Assembly: GCA_027604505.1 (NCBI GenBank)
Contig: JADIIX010000068.1
Location: 62,001-116,261, forward strand
Direction of reading: 5' to 3'
Length of the DNA: 54,261 nucleotides
Source of the DNA: Gonapodya sp. JEL0774
Lineage: Eukaryota
The translations under genes were made by a program, and so were the position numbers. Under the pieces are notes generated by a model. That model was not told where the DNA came from. It worked only from the letters and a program-made list of their open reading frames with translations, and did no database searches. The stretch's first letter is position 1; each line of letters starts with the position of its first letter. Shown here piece after piece: positions 1-13,800 of the stretch.

Positions 1-20
1 GTCGGAGTTGAGCTTGGATA

Positions 21-3000
21 TCACTCAGGATCCCCCGTCGCCAACCTCGCAAGCTCCATCGTCTTGGATTCTTTTGCTGTCATGTTCTCACCACTGTGTG
101 CGAGGACAGCAACGCTCACACTCGTTGCCCTCGGTTTCTGAACACCCGGAGCAAGAGAGGAATTGCTCAAGTCTGTCCAGCTCGGGGCACGGTCCTTGAT
201 CGGCAATCGAGGAACCTGCATGCTTCCCTGTCGAGCGCGGAAGGGTGCTGCACCTCCAGAGCTGCTTTCGGTCCGGCTCCGCTGCCGGCCCCCAAAAACA
301 GAGGGGGGTTGCTCGCAATTCTCTGCAATCGATGGAGCTGTTCCGCAAGTAGCTCCACCTGCCGCGGCTGCTTTCATCTTATCAGACGCAGGGGCAAGGC
401 TTGGCAGGCGTGAGAGTGGTACCCGGGATGCTTCATCAGGACTCACGCCAGCGCATGGAGTGTCCTGGGTCAAAGGTGTGGGCACAGCTGCAGCAAGAGG
501 TCGCTTCTCCAAGACTTCAGGAGCGACGGTATCTCCTTCACCCTCTTCCCCGTCGCTTTGCCCGAGATCCAAAAGATTTATCCCTCCATTGTCCTCGCCG
601 TCCCCATGCTCGTCAACGACATCCAAAACTCCAGGCATCGCTTTGCTGATAAGTGGATTCGTCATTGCTCGTTGCTTTATGGCCTTCACTGGAACTGCGG
701 TGGATGAAGAACCTCCCATATTTGCGGATGTCTTCTCACTCTCACTCCCCATCGATGTCATAGCTTTTCGCAAAAATGATTGTTTTCTGCCTAGATTTGT
801 TGGTCCATTGTCCCCTGTAATCACAGCTACCATTTTATCCACGACGGAATCTCTCCTTCGTTCGAGCGGTGGTTTTGGATTTTCCGAAGTTGATGCAGAC
901 TTTGCAGAAGAGCTCTTTTCGGAGGCGAGCGACGACACAAGTTTCTCCACAAAAGAGGGTCTCCGTGCCGGGAGGGCGAGTGTCGTGAAGGTATCTGGTG
1001 GAGAGTCTGCTTCGGTCGCAGTGACGGAGATCAGTTTGCTGCCGACAGGAGACCCGGAGAGTGCACCCTTTGGTGTGGGATAAGGTAATAATTAATGTAC
1101 GTCAGAGCAGATGTATGACTATCAAAAGCGCGCACTCAGGAACTAACCTGCGCTGTCGTCGCCACGTTTGAAACATGTGTTGCTTCAGTTATTCCGTCAG
1201 GTTCAGCCGCGGCGGCTTGACTCAGAGGTGATCGCCTGCCCTCAAAGTGGGGAAGAGCAATATCACTTGGCGGTACAACGCCCTGTCAGAGGTAAACTTC
1301 TCAGAATTATCGATCAAGAGTTCACGATGTCTTTGATGTAAAACGAACCTCTTTGAAGCCTTTCCAGCTCTTCACAGCCTCCGCAAACTCTCTCTCATGT
1401 GCTCGGGCCAAATCCGGTTCTTCCTCGGCTTCCAGTTTTTCCAACTCCGTGTTCATATCCTTTAACCACTTGAGGTACGCAGGAGGGCAGTATTTAACAA
1501 TCCATGGGTGGTCCAGAGCCTTTAAAACGTGAAACGCGCTCTCAATGAACAAGCAGGATCCTCGCAAAAAGTCACCCTCATACCTGCTTCGCGGTTAATC
1601 TTTTCTCAGGCTCATACGCCATAAGTGCTCGAATCAAGTCCTTCGCAAGATCGGAGATATTATCCCAGGCAGGCGATGGGAAGTCGAAATTTCCCTTCTT
1701 GACCCTTTCATCAATATCAAGAGGAGACGCACTATAGAACGGGTTAAATCCACACAAAAGAGTGTATACTACGACAAAATAGATGAATATCACTTTGGGC
1801 GAGGTTGCGACTTGGCGGATTGCTCACTAATCTCGCCCGTCGTCCACATATCGAAGGGTGGGCCCAAGTAGGGGGTCTTCTTCACAACTGTCGTGGTTCA
1901 GATTAGCTGAGAGCGTACGTTAGGTCAGGTTTTAAACAACAATTCTTACCCTCTGGCGGCTGATAGTATTGTGTCCCTACGCGATAGGTTGTCAAAAGCT
2001 GAGATTCAGTGTCCACAACTTTGGATATGCCCTGCGAGAGAAACCATTGAATTCTTGCTCAATCGCTGCGGTGAGGCTCTGGAAACCCACGAAATCAACG
2101 ATTACAAGAGGACTATTGAAAGCATCCTCCTTGAATAACAGATTCGCTGTCTAAATGGAACGTGAAGGGTATTCCCGTGTGAGGCTGTGTCATCGCTTTT
2201 CGCAAATTTACCTTGACGATCTTACTTTCAGGTCCCGATGGACAATGTGATGGTCATGGCTGGAAATGCAACTTCGGCATGACAGCAATCCCAGGGGCAG
2301 AAGACACCAAATTAACAATCTCACAGAAATGCTACTGCGTTTAGCAAGGTGGCAGACACAACTGAGCAAATGTCGCAGAAGAGGAGATGTTGATAGGCGG
2401 TGAAGAAACTACTCGTTGACGCATATCAGAATCACACCTGCAGCATCACGTTCCCTGTACCAGCCCTTCGACACTATGCGCTGCAGTAGCTCTCCACCGT
2501 TAGCACTGAAAGAATTGAGCATCATTGGCCAAAATGGTGAGAGCCGCCTACTCCTCTCAATCGCACTCACAGCTCGAAAACAAGATGCCATTGAGTCTTG
2601 GACTCAAACCAGTCTACTAGCTGCATTATAAGAAGGATTGAGCATCGACCAATATCAGAAAATAGAACAGGGCATTTCAGAAACGTACCTCGATCAAATG
2701 GGGGTGGTAGAGTTTACTGAGAATCTGAATCTCTCGCGGAGGAGTATGCCGTGCCTCTCCTTTACCACTCTTGTACACCTCTTTGAGTGCGTATTTTTTC
2801 TTGGTTGGGACATGGACACAAAGGTAGACTGATCCCTCTGCTCCCGATCCTGGTCGATAATGACTGATGAGCATGACTGAGATCGGAAACGCAACGTTAC
2901 ATCGATCACAGCTCACCAAGCATCTGCATTTTGACACTGGTTTTACGTAAAACCGGTCAAGGAGCCAGTGTCAGTTCTGATGCGATAAGCTGTTGTCCGC

Positions 3001-3223
3001 CTACAGCAATAAAGCAACTCCCGCACCCCGCTCTTCCCCAGTTTTAGACCTTCCATCATCCAATGACTTACTATTCTTTCGCCCTATGTCCGTTCAGTAG
3101 CTCGCGCTTCGCTTTTGGGGCCGCGGGTTTCGACGAACGAAAGAACGATGACACTCCTTGATCCGGCTTGAGGGGTCCTTCCTTGTCCGTATTTTTCTTC
3201 TTGAAAATGTCCAGGAGACCCAT
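21..3223 (-). CDS. CaMK-family Ser/Thr protein kinase with long disordered C-terminal tail (multi-exon)
   Basis: Spliced kinase motifs: GSGAEGSVY, YALKEV, REIQILSKLYHPHLIE, NGGELLQRI, HIVHRDLK|TANLL, IVDF|GISK, VGTQYYQPPE, DMWTTGEIIYTLLCGFNPF, WDNISDLAKDLI. ATG at 3223; stop at 21-23. Confidence 0.9.
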
Positions 3224-3371
3224 CGGTTCACTGGATACTCTGGTGCCCACACGGTACAAGGCCAAATTAGGGTGGAGGAATGGCGGGACACATGACGGGA
3301 CGGGACACACCACAGGTAGCACAAATTATTACATAATTTAAAGCACCGCCGTAACTCAACAATTCACGATT

Positions 3372-4594
3372 TCAATATGAATAATCGGCTTTCGACAACT
3401 CTGCTAAGAGATTTCCCTCCACTCTCGTCATGATCTTGCCACTGCCCACTTTCCCGCCCATCTTTTCATAAAAACCAATCGCCCCATGATTCCAGTCTAA
3501 TACCTGCCACCGATACGTTGGATATCCTCGCGCAACGGCAATGCTTGCGAGGTGAGCCAACAGTCGACTTCCAACTCGTAAGCTACGACTCTCCGGTGTG
3601 ACATACAGATCTTCCAGGTAAAGCGAAGGAGCCCCAGACACGGGGTCCCACACAGTCAGCCACCTGTTAACACCATGACAAATGAGTAAGAAGTTCATTT
3701 GTGTCATGAGAATTGTGATCTGAGAAAGAGGGCGGGAAAAAAACTCACATTGCAAACCCGATTTCCTTGCCACGCCATTCCGCAATCACTGTCTCCGTCA
3801 CCGGCTTTCCGTCCGTTGGAAAATGATACCACTCAATGTCCTCTGGCGAAGCTTTCGCCTCGTCAGGTAACTTTTCGAATTCCGCCAACTCCCGCACAAA
3901 ACGTAGAATCGTCTTTACGTCTCTCGGCTCCGCAGGACGGATCCGGAGCTGGTCGGTCGGCGAAGGCGCAATCTCAGTCCTCCGAGCAAGTGCAAGCAGC
4001 TGGTCCCCACCGACAACTACATCAAGCCAGTCTGGCATTTCATGCGCGCCGAGTTCTTTCGACAGCTCCCGAATCTGGGCACCCCCGCCCACCGGCGCCA
4101 CATGCCACTGCATGCGTGTAGCTCTTCGCGCTATCGCAATCCCCGCAAGGTGTTTCATAAGAGGTCTCCATACCTGTCGGAGTGAGTGCTCCGGTAACAC
4201 GGAAAGGTGCTGAATGTCCAAAATCGGCCTTCCCTGCCAAGTTGAGAACCAATCCGTATACCTAAAAGCGAAAAAACTTAAGCATCAATGATGGTGTTGG
4301 TTGTTCACAGATAAATCAGTTGCTAGTGAACTCCATATGGCCTCTCTCTTCCTCTAATCGTTCTCTCCCGCAGTCGCTCACTCACACCGCAACACCAATC
4401 ACCTTCCCATTCTCTTCAGCGATTGCAGCCCCTGCGATCGGGCGGGAATCGTCCCCGGGAAAGGCACTGTTCTTGAATCCGGCAGCTAGATCGGATTGAG
4501 AAAGTGAGCTCTCGGATTTCAAGAAGCTAGCAACGATGGGGACATCATTAAGCGTGGCCGGCCGTATGGAGAGAGATACGGTGGATTGGGTCAT
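3372..4594 (-). CDS. Tandem double-GNAT N-acetyltransferase (SSAT/diamine acetyltransferase-like)
   Basis: Two IRPA..DV-starting GNAT repeats. The second has LYLEDLYV..ESRSLRVGSRLL and WQVLDWNHGAIGFYEKMG. Introns at 4262-4385 and 3664-3748. Confidence 0.88.
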
Positions 4595-4713
4595 TTTGCC
4601 AACAAAAACAGTATTTCGAATTTGAATTGTGTTGGTGAGGAGCTTCATCGGGAATTGCATCGCCTGCAATTGTCGATCAAATGTACAAAAGGGCGACTGT
4701 TTAATATGTATCT

Positions 4714-5775
4714 CTATCGTCTGACCAACCCGCCGTCGCTTATTTGACTTGCTGTCTGTCCCCATCCACCCATGCCTTGGGAGTAACCGACTGGTTGTTG
4801 AGGCAGTACAAACTGCGGTGGAAAGAAAATTGCCAGACTACCGGGATCCGTGGGCCAGCTTTGGTGCTGCTGGGCACGGAGGAGGTCTACTCCAATATCA
4901 ATGAGTCGTATCAGGGTCTTTTCCATGTGTTAGGGTCGTGGGAACTCTAACATACCTTCGTATGACGGCACCATAGCATCTATTCCGGTTATAGCAGGCT
5001 GCCCCTGAGTCGACGTCGCCAAAGCTCTCCGGTGAGCAGGTACAGTGTCCCAGCTACTCCGCATGGGCAGTCCGTTCTCATCAAACCGAGGTTGTCCGCT
5101 CTCTTGGTTGGCTCCACCACGACTTCTCGCCATATCACGACCTCCCCCTCCACCCCGTCCCGTCCCTCCGAGACTACTAAGACCCAGGGATTGTGGATCG
5201 CCCCCCGTGAGTGCCTTCCATCGACCTTCTGCATACTGTTGAGGCGGACCAAGCAAAGTGTCATACCCTTCGTCATCTCCACCGTCCTCGCCTGTTCCAT
5301 TCTGTGCGCCAGATCCACCGACGAGCCCGCCAGGACCCCAGTTCTGTCCTGCTGCCGCAGCAGCGATTCTGAGCTGAACCTGCATCGGTGTCAAATCCAC
5401 GTCCAGGTACTTTCCTTCAGCTTGAGCCTCTCGGAGTTTCGTAACATGCCGTCCAGAGACCGCGTGCCGGTCGACGTACCAAGCGGTGATGCGAGAAAGT
5501 GGGGTTTCGCAGAGAATGCACGAAGGACCGTCCTTTTCCTTCTTCACCCAAAACGGGGGCGGGACAGACGCGGTGGGATTGAAGGGATTGATCGTGAGGG
5601 GTGGCTTTGAAAAACCGGGTGGGCGGTCCGGTTGGTTCCCCGTTTCAGCGGTGTTCACAGCATCGGCGGTCGGTGCAGGCGATGGCGTCGCGGGAGGCGG
5701 ATTCGGTGGGCCTGCCACGGGAAAAGATCCAGAGTTTTCAGTCATGACGGGCGCGGGAGGATCGGGGATGGACAT
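4714..5775 (-). CDS. Pro/Gly-rich protein with a single U1/matrin-like C2H2 zinc finger
   Basis: Long ORF with CILC-x12-H-x5-H (CILCETPLSRITAWYVDRHAVSGRH). Probable last intron ~4889-4955 joins to the 4714 frame. Confidence 0.6.
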
Positions 5776-5930
5776 TGTTGTCTGGACACTGGAGGCGATT
5801 TTGAAACCCACACAACCACGAGAATATACTTCACCAGTGAAAATCTCTCGTGCAGAGCACAAACTAGATTTTAAACTACTACAAACGTTTATGTACAAAA
5901 TTCGATTAATCCTACACGGGGCATGGCCAT

Positions 5931-7902
5931 CTAATCCCTCTTCCCTTGCTCCACACTCAGAGAGGGATCGTCCACACTGCCATAACTCTTACCATCATCC
6001 ATGAAGACGATTGGTCTCTCCTCTCCCTCTCCATTCAGCTTTTCCTCCACATACGTGTCCTCCCTCGACGTCGAGCTCGAGCTCGAACTGGTGCTGACAG
6101 CGGTGGACAAGCTTTTCTCCACCACCGTGATGCCACTCCTGGGTTTGGAGAGCTCTCCGGTAACCGCCAGAGCGACCCAGAATAGCGTAAAGAAGGGAAC
6201 GGAGCTATACCCGTCGCCCGGGTCAGTTTGGTACATCTCGGCGTACCGTTGGACACCATAGATGGAAGACTGATCGGTAGTTTCGTTTGGTTGGTCATTA
6301 AGGGGCGTGAGTTGTTGGGGCATTCATTCGGCCAACTGCTCATTCCTCGAAACCCACACGAACTCACAGTTAGCATCAACACCGGCACCACCAATCTCCC
6401 GAGCCAAACATGGCTCAAATGTTGTACCGGCCTGCCGAGTGCTCGCACCCGCACCAACGATTCACGGTGCTTGGAGAGATACGCGTACAATCCCAGGAGA
6501 GTCTGGAAGAGGGCGGCGATGAGTGCAGCTAGTCCCATTTTCTTTTGAGGCAGAGAAAGAAATGCGGGAGGCACGTGGGTGAAGGGAAAGTACAATGGGA
6601 TGGTTGGGTGGCAGGTTGGGCAATGCGTCTCGTGGGTAGGTGGAGAACACCACTTACAGAGTGCGTGGTCGTAAAGTGCGGTCGAGAGGATTGCACATTG
6701 TAGGAGTATGAAAGTGCAAACGCCACGAGTGATGAAATGATTACAAACGACGACACGAGTGCCTTCAGGTAGGGCCGATCGTTTAGCTTCGATCACAAAG
6801 GTGGGGAACGACCGTACGATACTCACGTGCCACGAAGATCTGTCGGGCTTTGGATGATATCGCATGATGAAGACAGCGATTGGGAACGCAACTCCCCATG
6901 TGAAGGCCAATAGATACCCTAGAAGTCGTTGTTGCGAGTGCATCAATCCTCATGAACGAGACACGATTCAATTCAAAACTGATGTGACACACCATGTACT
7001 CTTAGAAGGATGGAGCGCGTGTCTAGATTCTCCATGGATGTTGGATCAACCACAGCAGGGGCGGGGACTGAGGCCGACGGAGGAGAACCGTTCATTCCTG
7101 AACTTGAGCTCGATGCCGTGGCCGTGGAACCTGGTGCTTGTGTTTTTGTCCCACTGGTCATGGTGGGTGGACTCGCACCGAGGACTACGGCCGGGTCAAA
7201 CAGATTCAAACTGGGAAGGTTCTCGTTGACGTCGTGCATGCCAAGGACGGTCGTGAGAGATTTGGAAGAGAGACGAGAGCCATATTTCCATGCCCAGATG
7301 TAATTCGCCGCGGAGTTTGCGAAGGCGAGGTCCCTGGAGTCACCTAAGAGCACAACTGTTAGTGAGGGTGCCTTGTTTGACTGTAAATTGTCGGCAATGT
7401 ACGGACCAGTCACCAGTTTTCGCCTCCAATGAATAACTACGGTCGTGTCCGATTCGATGTATGAGTCTGTCAACACGGTGACATCCTGGGTGGTGTCCGT
7501 TGGAGGCTCGGCATTTGCGACCCCATACTTGTCTGAGACGACAAACGTGCCATCAGAAGCTACCCAGAATGCCTTTTGCGAAAATATGCGATGGAATCGA
7601 ATTTGGTGCAGTCAGCTGAGTGGGAATCGTGTGTTGTGAAACTTCCCCCTTTCACTCACAATGATATCCGATCCAGGCATGTCGGTGCCAATGCCAAAGG
7701 CAAAGTACTGTACACTAACGGGGAAAGTCAGAACAAACTCCCCGTATCCATCGGCTGTCGCGGTTCCGTTGATGCAGACGCCCTGAGCCGCATAACTACA
7801 ATACCGGGCACTGAGAACATGAACCGGGGAGAAAAGGAGAAGGGAAAACACTACGAGAAACGAAGAGACAAAGGTGTTTGGCGATGGACAGCGGCGGACC
7901 AT
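5931..7902 (-). CDS. Signal-peptide DOMON + cytochrome b561 membrane protein (ferric reductase-like)
   Basis: Signal peptide; DOMON-like FAFGIGTDMPGSD..IHWRRKL..YIWAW..GMHD (Met/His heme ligands); S/T/P linker; TM helices with LRVHG, SSWH and HLSHVWLGR. Confidence 0.8.
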
Positions 7903-8098
7903 CAGGGGTATATTTGTCTTTTTTTTCGGGGGGTTGGCAAAAATGGCTCAAGGGAAAATGACCACCACACCCAAGGACCAGGACTCGTGAACCTTGCACC
8001 ACCGCAGTTCAGCTGGGGCGGTTGCAGCTCCCCCAACCAAAACCAACACCGAACCAGGAACCAACTAACGTACTCTTTCAAACGCACCAGTTGCGAAG

Positions 8099-10736
8099 AT
8101 GGTGCGTGTGGATAAAACTCACCTGAAATTTATGCATACTCTCCTTTCCAGTCTGATTATTGCCCGCTCTTGGACCTTCCACTGTTCAGATGCTTTCACG
8201 TGCAAAACCGGCACTCCCGTCGGAAACTTCGGGGCCTCAGACTACAGCGTGAGCGAAGCAATTGGATGGTACCATGTCTAGTCTTGTTTCTGTGCAGCTA
8301 ATGCCTGCATATCTGGTCAACGTTTGCTCTCGGAGGAAGTCCGGACCCACGGCGCAACTTGCCAAAACTCGAAGACTTCATCGAGAATCGGGACTACATT
8401 GGAGCTCTTACGCTTCTAGATGTGTGTTGATTGATGCTGGGCTACCTTGGGGTCGCTGCCGGCGGTGGACTTCAAACTCGACTTCAATGAAAGCATTTCA
8501 CACCACATCCGATTCCCAATCCCCACTCAGTTTTCCCGAGCAAATGGCGATTCCTCTCTTGACAACATTCTTTGGACGGCTTACTCGGCTTTTCATCTCG
8601 GTGACTACAAGCGCGCAATGGAGGTGAGGGTGAGAAATGAAACCACGAAAACCAATGAACCCACCAGATGGGACCAATCTTCGAGATATCTCACTGAGCT
8701 GGGACAACTCCACATTCTGGGAGGATTTCAGTCAGGGGCTCTGCAACCATTGAAACTGACCGCTCTGGGGTGCTCGCTTCTGGTTTTCGTTAGTCCTACC
8801 GCGAAGCTCTCAAGTTTCCAGAAGTGGATGCTGTCGTCAATCTGTATCTTGCATGCACCTACTTCTTTCTGGGAATGTATAATGAATCTGATGAGGCCGC
8901 TAAGAAGAGTCCGTTTTCTGGTCCACATTGACTCTTTGTGCTTGGACCATTGCTCATTGTTCACAACGCAGGTCCCAATAACAAGCTCCAAAACCGACTC
9001 TTCTTCCACCTCTCGCACAAGTTCAATGATGAAAAACGACTCATGCAGCACCATCAATCTCTCCAGGATGTCGTCGAAGACCAGATGACCCTCTCTTCTG
9101 TACACTACCTACGGGGACACTACCAGGAGGCGGTCGATATCTACAAGCGACTCCTTCTAGAACGGCCCGATTGTGTGGCTGCCAACGCGTACGCTGCACT
9201 TTGTTACTACAAACTGGACTACCACGACGTCAGCCAAGAGGTTCTCGGCGCCTACATCGCGAAATACCCCGACAGCGTGACCGCTGCGAATCTTCGAGCA
9301 TGCAATCATTATCGCCTTTATAATGCAAGAGCTGCGGAGCAGGAGCTCTCTTCGTTGAAAGAGAATGTTAGTGGAGGGGTCAAGTTTGCAGAAGACTTGA
9401 TCAGACACAACCTCGTGAGCTCGAGCGAGTTCAAGACATTCTCGAGACACTACATCTCAATTTGTTGGCGTGTCACTTGCACCCGCCATCGCATAGGTTG
9501 TCTTTCGAAGCGGAGAGGGTGCCCTCCAGGTGTTTCCCTCGCTCATCGACGCCCTACCAGAAGCGAGACTCAATCTGGTGATTCACCACCTGCGAGCCGA
9601 GGATACACAGGCTGCATATGCCTTGATGAAAGATGTGGAACCTGCGACTCCGCAAGTACGTGATGAGTTGTTGCTTTTGTACCGACATCCACCATTTGGA
9701 GCTCGTAATGTGGTTGGTTACTGAAGGGTACCCTGTTCTTTCGGCAGGAGTACATTCTCAAGGGGATCGTGAACGCCGTACTTGGACAGGAAACCGATTC
9801 ACGCGAACACCTTAAGGTGGCCCAACAATTCTTCCAGCTCGTCGGGGGTTCTGCCTCCGAATGTGACACGATTCCAGGTCGACAGTGCATGGCGTCTTGC
9901 TTCTTCCTGCTGAGACAGTTTGACGATGTGCTTACGTATCTCAACTCAATAAAGGCGTGTAGTGCGGTCTGGTTCACTCTGAACTGAACTATCACCGGAT
10001 CTATGGGTCAACCTCCGCCTTTCCTACACAATAGGCATACTTCTACAACGATGATACTTTCAATTTCAATTACGGTCAGGCGAAGGTGGCTGCAGACGCG
10101 TATGAGGAGGCAGAAGAGGCCTTGTGCATGGTACAAAACGAGAAACTCAAGTCGACATACGCGTATCTAAGTCATTTGGCACGATGTTGTGAGTCGACGA
10201 TGTGTAGATTTGTTCCACATAAAGAGGGCGATAACCATTGTCCCATCACTGTTCAGTCATCAAGAATAAGAAGCCACGCCTTGCATGGGAGTTGTATCTC
10301 AAGATGGACACATCAAGTGAATCATTCAGCTTGCTGCAGTTGATTGCACATGACTGTTACAAAGTGAGTGATGGGAGAATTGCTTAACAAGGAGGGATTA
10401 ATCAACCTTCGTTCTTTCACTCCACGTGATTGTCCTCTCAAAACATCCCAATCATTCATTTCTCATTCCCATGAACATCGTTTGCATTGATAGAGCGGCC
10501 ACTATTTCTATTCCGCGAAAGCATTCGACGTGCTCGAGAGGCTTGACCCCAACACAGAGAACTGGGAGGGCAAACGAGGTGCTTGCGTGGGAGTTTTCCA
10601 GGCTATCGTGAACGGAGAAGAGCCAAAGGAGACTCTGCGAGACGTGCTGACGCTCCTGCGCAGTACGTCTAACCCTGCAGCGGAATTCGTGGTGCGAATA
10701 GTTCGCCGCTGGGCAAAAGAAAATAGGCTTCAATAG
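8099..10736 (+). CDS. IFT56: Intraflagellar transport protein 56 (TTC26/DYF-13), TPR protein
   Basis: Spliced [92 protein letters not shown] match TTC26 from memory. Confidence 0.95.
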
Positions 10737-10885
10737 ATGTAGTATTTTTCTCTGTTGATACATTTCTTGAACTGATAACAATGAACGAGAATGGTGGAAT
10801 CCGGTCGGGATTGGAGGTGTCAACCCCATATATCTTACTCCAAACCCTCAAAACTTCCATGCAGCACACAGTCGGCTGCTTATAA

Positions 10886-13800
10886 ATGGGCAGCCGCGCT
10901 CGCAACAATTCCCTCAGTCCCGATCGATTGAACGCGCTCAAGACTGAAGATTTGGGAGGAAGGTTTAAGCGAGTTCGAACAACTCCCTCACCTGACACTG
11001 CGCGACGTCCAGAGCAACGTGACACATCAGTTGAAGAAAAGGATCGCCCTCCAGCTAAGAGGCATAGGGGTTGGAAAGAGCGTGGAAGCAGTCCTCCGGG
11101 AATCGTGGAAAGTTTTGAGGAGAGGAACGGGAGTGGTGCTGGTCCGAGTGGCAGCCGCGAAAGACCACCAACCGATCCGCATTCACGCCGAAACGAGCTA
11201 GAGGACGAGGATTCTTTGGGAAACAGTTCAATGCGGAGGGCTGTGGCGTCTGTGCTAACTAGGCGAGGTGGTGGAAGGATGTCTTCCCCGGATCTCGCTT
11301 ATGATGGGCGGGCGCTCCGCGACCGTGGTGGAGGTCAGTCTTACGTGAAAAGGGAAGGTATGGAACAAAATGTTGAAGAAAATATACCTCTTGCGAATAG
11401 TGCCAGGGTCACTGACTTTGCGAGGATTGATGACCAACAGCAGGACGCAAGTGAAGACAGTGATGTGATCATGGAGGATTGGGAGCGGCATTTAGACCCC
11501 ACAATTCGTGTTAGTGACAACGAGGTCTCTCATTCTGCGAGGATTGATCAGGACCGTCAGTTACCCAGACTAGAGCATGACAGACCTGTGGCGGGGGAGC
11601 GAAGGCACGCTTCCCCAAGGCCCCACCGGCCTGATTCTGCTGTTTCTCGCGGAACTGGACGCCCTTCGTCTACTAATGCTATCCCTCTTGGACAACCACG
11701 TACGCACCGCCCGAACTCCGCCATTCCTCCGCCCGATGTCTCCTCCAAGTCAGGTCTCGGAGTGTCGCCATCCCAAAAGCTCTCACCTAGGGCAAAAAAG
11801 AATGCCAGCCCTCCTCCCAGAAGGTATGGTACTCTCTCATCGTCGCAGCCTGAGCCTACCCTCCTCGGACCCTCCACAAATCCGTCGGACGCATTTTTGC
11901 CAGCTGAACAGTCCGGCTCGATATATACCGAGAACGAACTCTCCAAAGTTTTCGATTTCGCCGCTGCCGAGAAATCCCGTCATGGCCAAAAGTGGTTCAC
12001 CAACCCGAAGTCTTGTATCTCGAACATCTTTCTCCAAAAGAACGTCGGCTCCCCTCCGCCCTATGAATTTCGGCCCTTGGGTCGTTATGTACGCTGTACT
12101 ATCCAGTTCCAAATGGAGGATGTGAAGAGAAGCTCTGGAAATGAAATCCCGCAGAGCGAATTGAAGATTCTTGGAACTGGCGATGCAACGTCCAAAAAGG
12201 AAGCTGAGAAGGTGAGTTTGTGGCAAGGTTTTTACCATTTTCTTGCTGACTGTATTTGGGGTGTGATCTGTCCCAGATTGCCGCTCTTCATGCGTGTCTT
12301 TTAATGTGGAAAAGAGGATTTTTAGACCGGGTCTACAATCGCACGTTGCAACTCGCTGTGGATAGGAGCGGTTTGGATGATAGAATGCGAGAAAGGCTTT
12401 TGGAAAGCGAAGACAAGATGGTCATCGACAGTGACGAAGGTCGTCATCGAGGTGGCCAGCCAAGTCATTTGCAGGAAGTGGAGGCTCAGAATCAGCAAGG
12501 GCAGCATCTGCAATTGCGCTCGAATCAGGGTGCAGCTGGTCAGAGCACTCCGCCACAGCAGCCACAAACGCCAGATACGATGGATGACAAATTTGCAGAC
12601 AAGAAACACATCCTAGCTTACTGTGCACGGTTTGATTTTGAGCCGACTTTCGATTTGAGGATGATTACGGTTGCACCTCCTGGACAATCATTTCGAGCTC
12701 GGCGAGGTGTTGCACAAGGGTGGTTATGTGAGATTTTGTTTCCGGCGCAAAAGATTGCAGCTGAGGGTCGCGGTAACAACAAGCGAGACGCTGAGAAGGA
12801 TGCATATAAACGCTTCAAAGCTGCAGTGGATGACAAATTCGGTACTGGGTACTTTGAGCAGTGCGCAAATGAAATACTCAGGCCACAACCACGTGAACCA
12901 GGGACAAAAACTGCAAAACAAATCAACAGGGAGCGTGTCGAGGAGGCTCAGAGGTTTATGCTGTGGTTCACTCGGAGCATCCTCAAACTTCCTCCGGGAC
13001 CCAAGGGGGAAGATCCGTACCGTGTGGAAGTGCGGGCCGCTGACAGCAGGTCTGCGCAATTGATGAGGGCGAAGTGGCAAGGGGGCAATGCCTGGACGGC
13101 GGTGGTGTTGGTTGGGGGCAGGGACTTTTCGTCTGCAGTAGGAGTGAGGAAGAAAGATGCAAAGGAATCTGCACTGGTGGAAGCCATGATGAAGGCTAGG
13201 GGCGATCCGGAGATTGAGTAAGTTAATTTGAACCGTCTGCTTTCGTAAGGGTTCCACAGTTAAGTCCTTATCGATCTTTGTCCCAGTCGCCAATGGTCAA
13301 TCGTAGGTTCTGCGCCTAATGCGGAGACACGCTTGTTTTCCAAGGACCATGTGTTGACAATGGTACCGATGGGACTCAACTCTTTCCAGATTGATCGAAT
13401 CATGGAGACTGTTGACCTCGTGCGCCGCTCGAGGGCTTACGAATTGATGCTCCAGTACAACGAATCCCGGAAGTCTTCCATTCGACCAGACACAAGGAAG
13501 TTAACCACATCAGGCCCTGCTCCTACAAGAGCGCGGCTTGACGCCAAATCGGTACAGATGCTTGAGTCCTTGGACGCTTTCGGGATATCGCGTGCCCATG
13601 TAAAGATGCGAGAAGACCGCGCGAAGTTACCGGTCGCAAGGCATTCTCAACACATTCTGGATGCGGTAGACGCTTGCGATGTTTCAGTGGTTGTTGGTGC
13701 AACAGGAAGTGGAAAGACGACGCAAGTACCACAGATCATTCTTGACTCGTGGATCAAGCAGCGGAAGGGAGCATACTGCAATATCATTGTCACGCAACCC

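Noticed and set aside
163..1083. Long plus-strand ORF (306 aa)
   Set aside because: Antisense shadow of the kinase tail exon.
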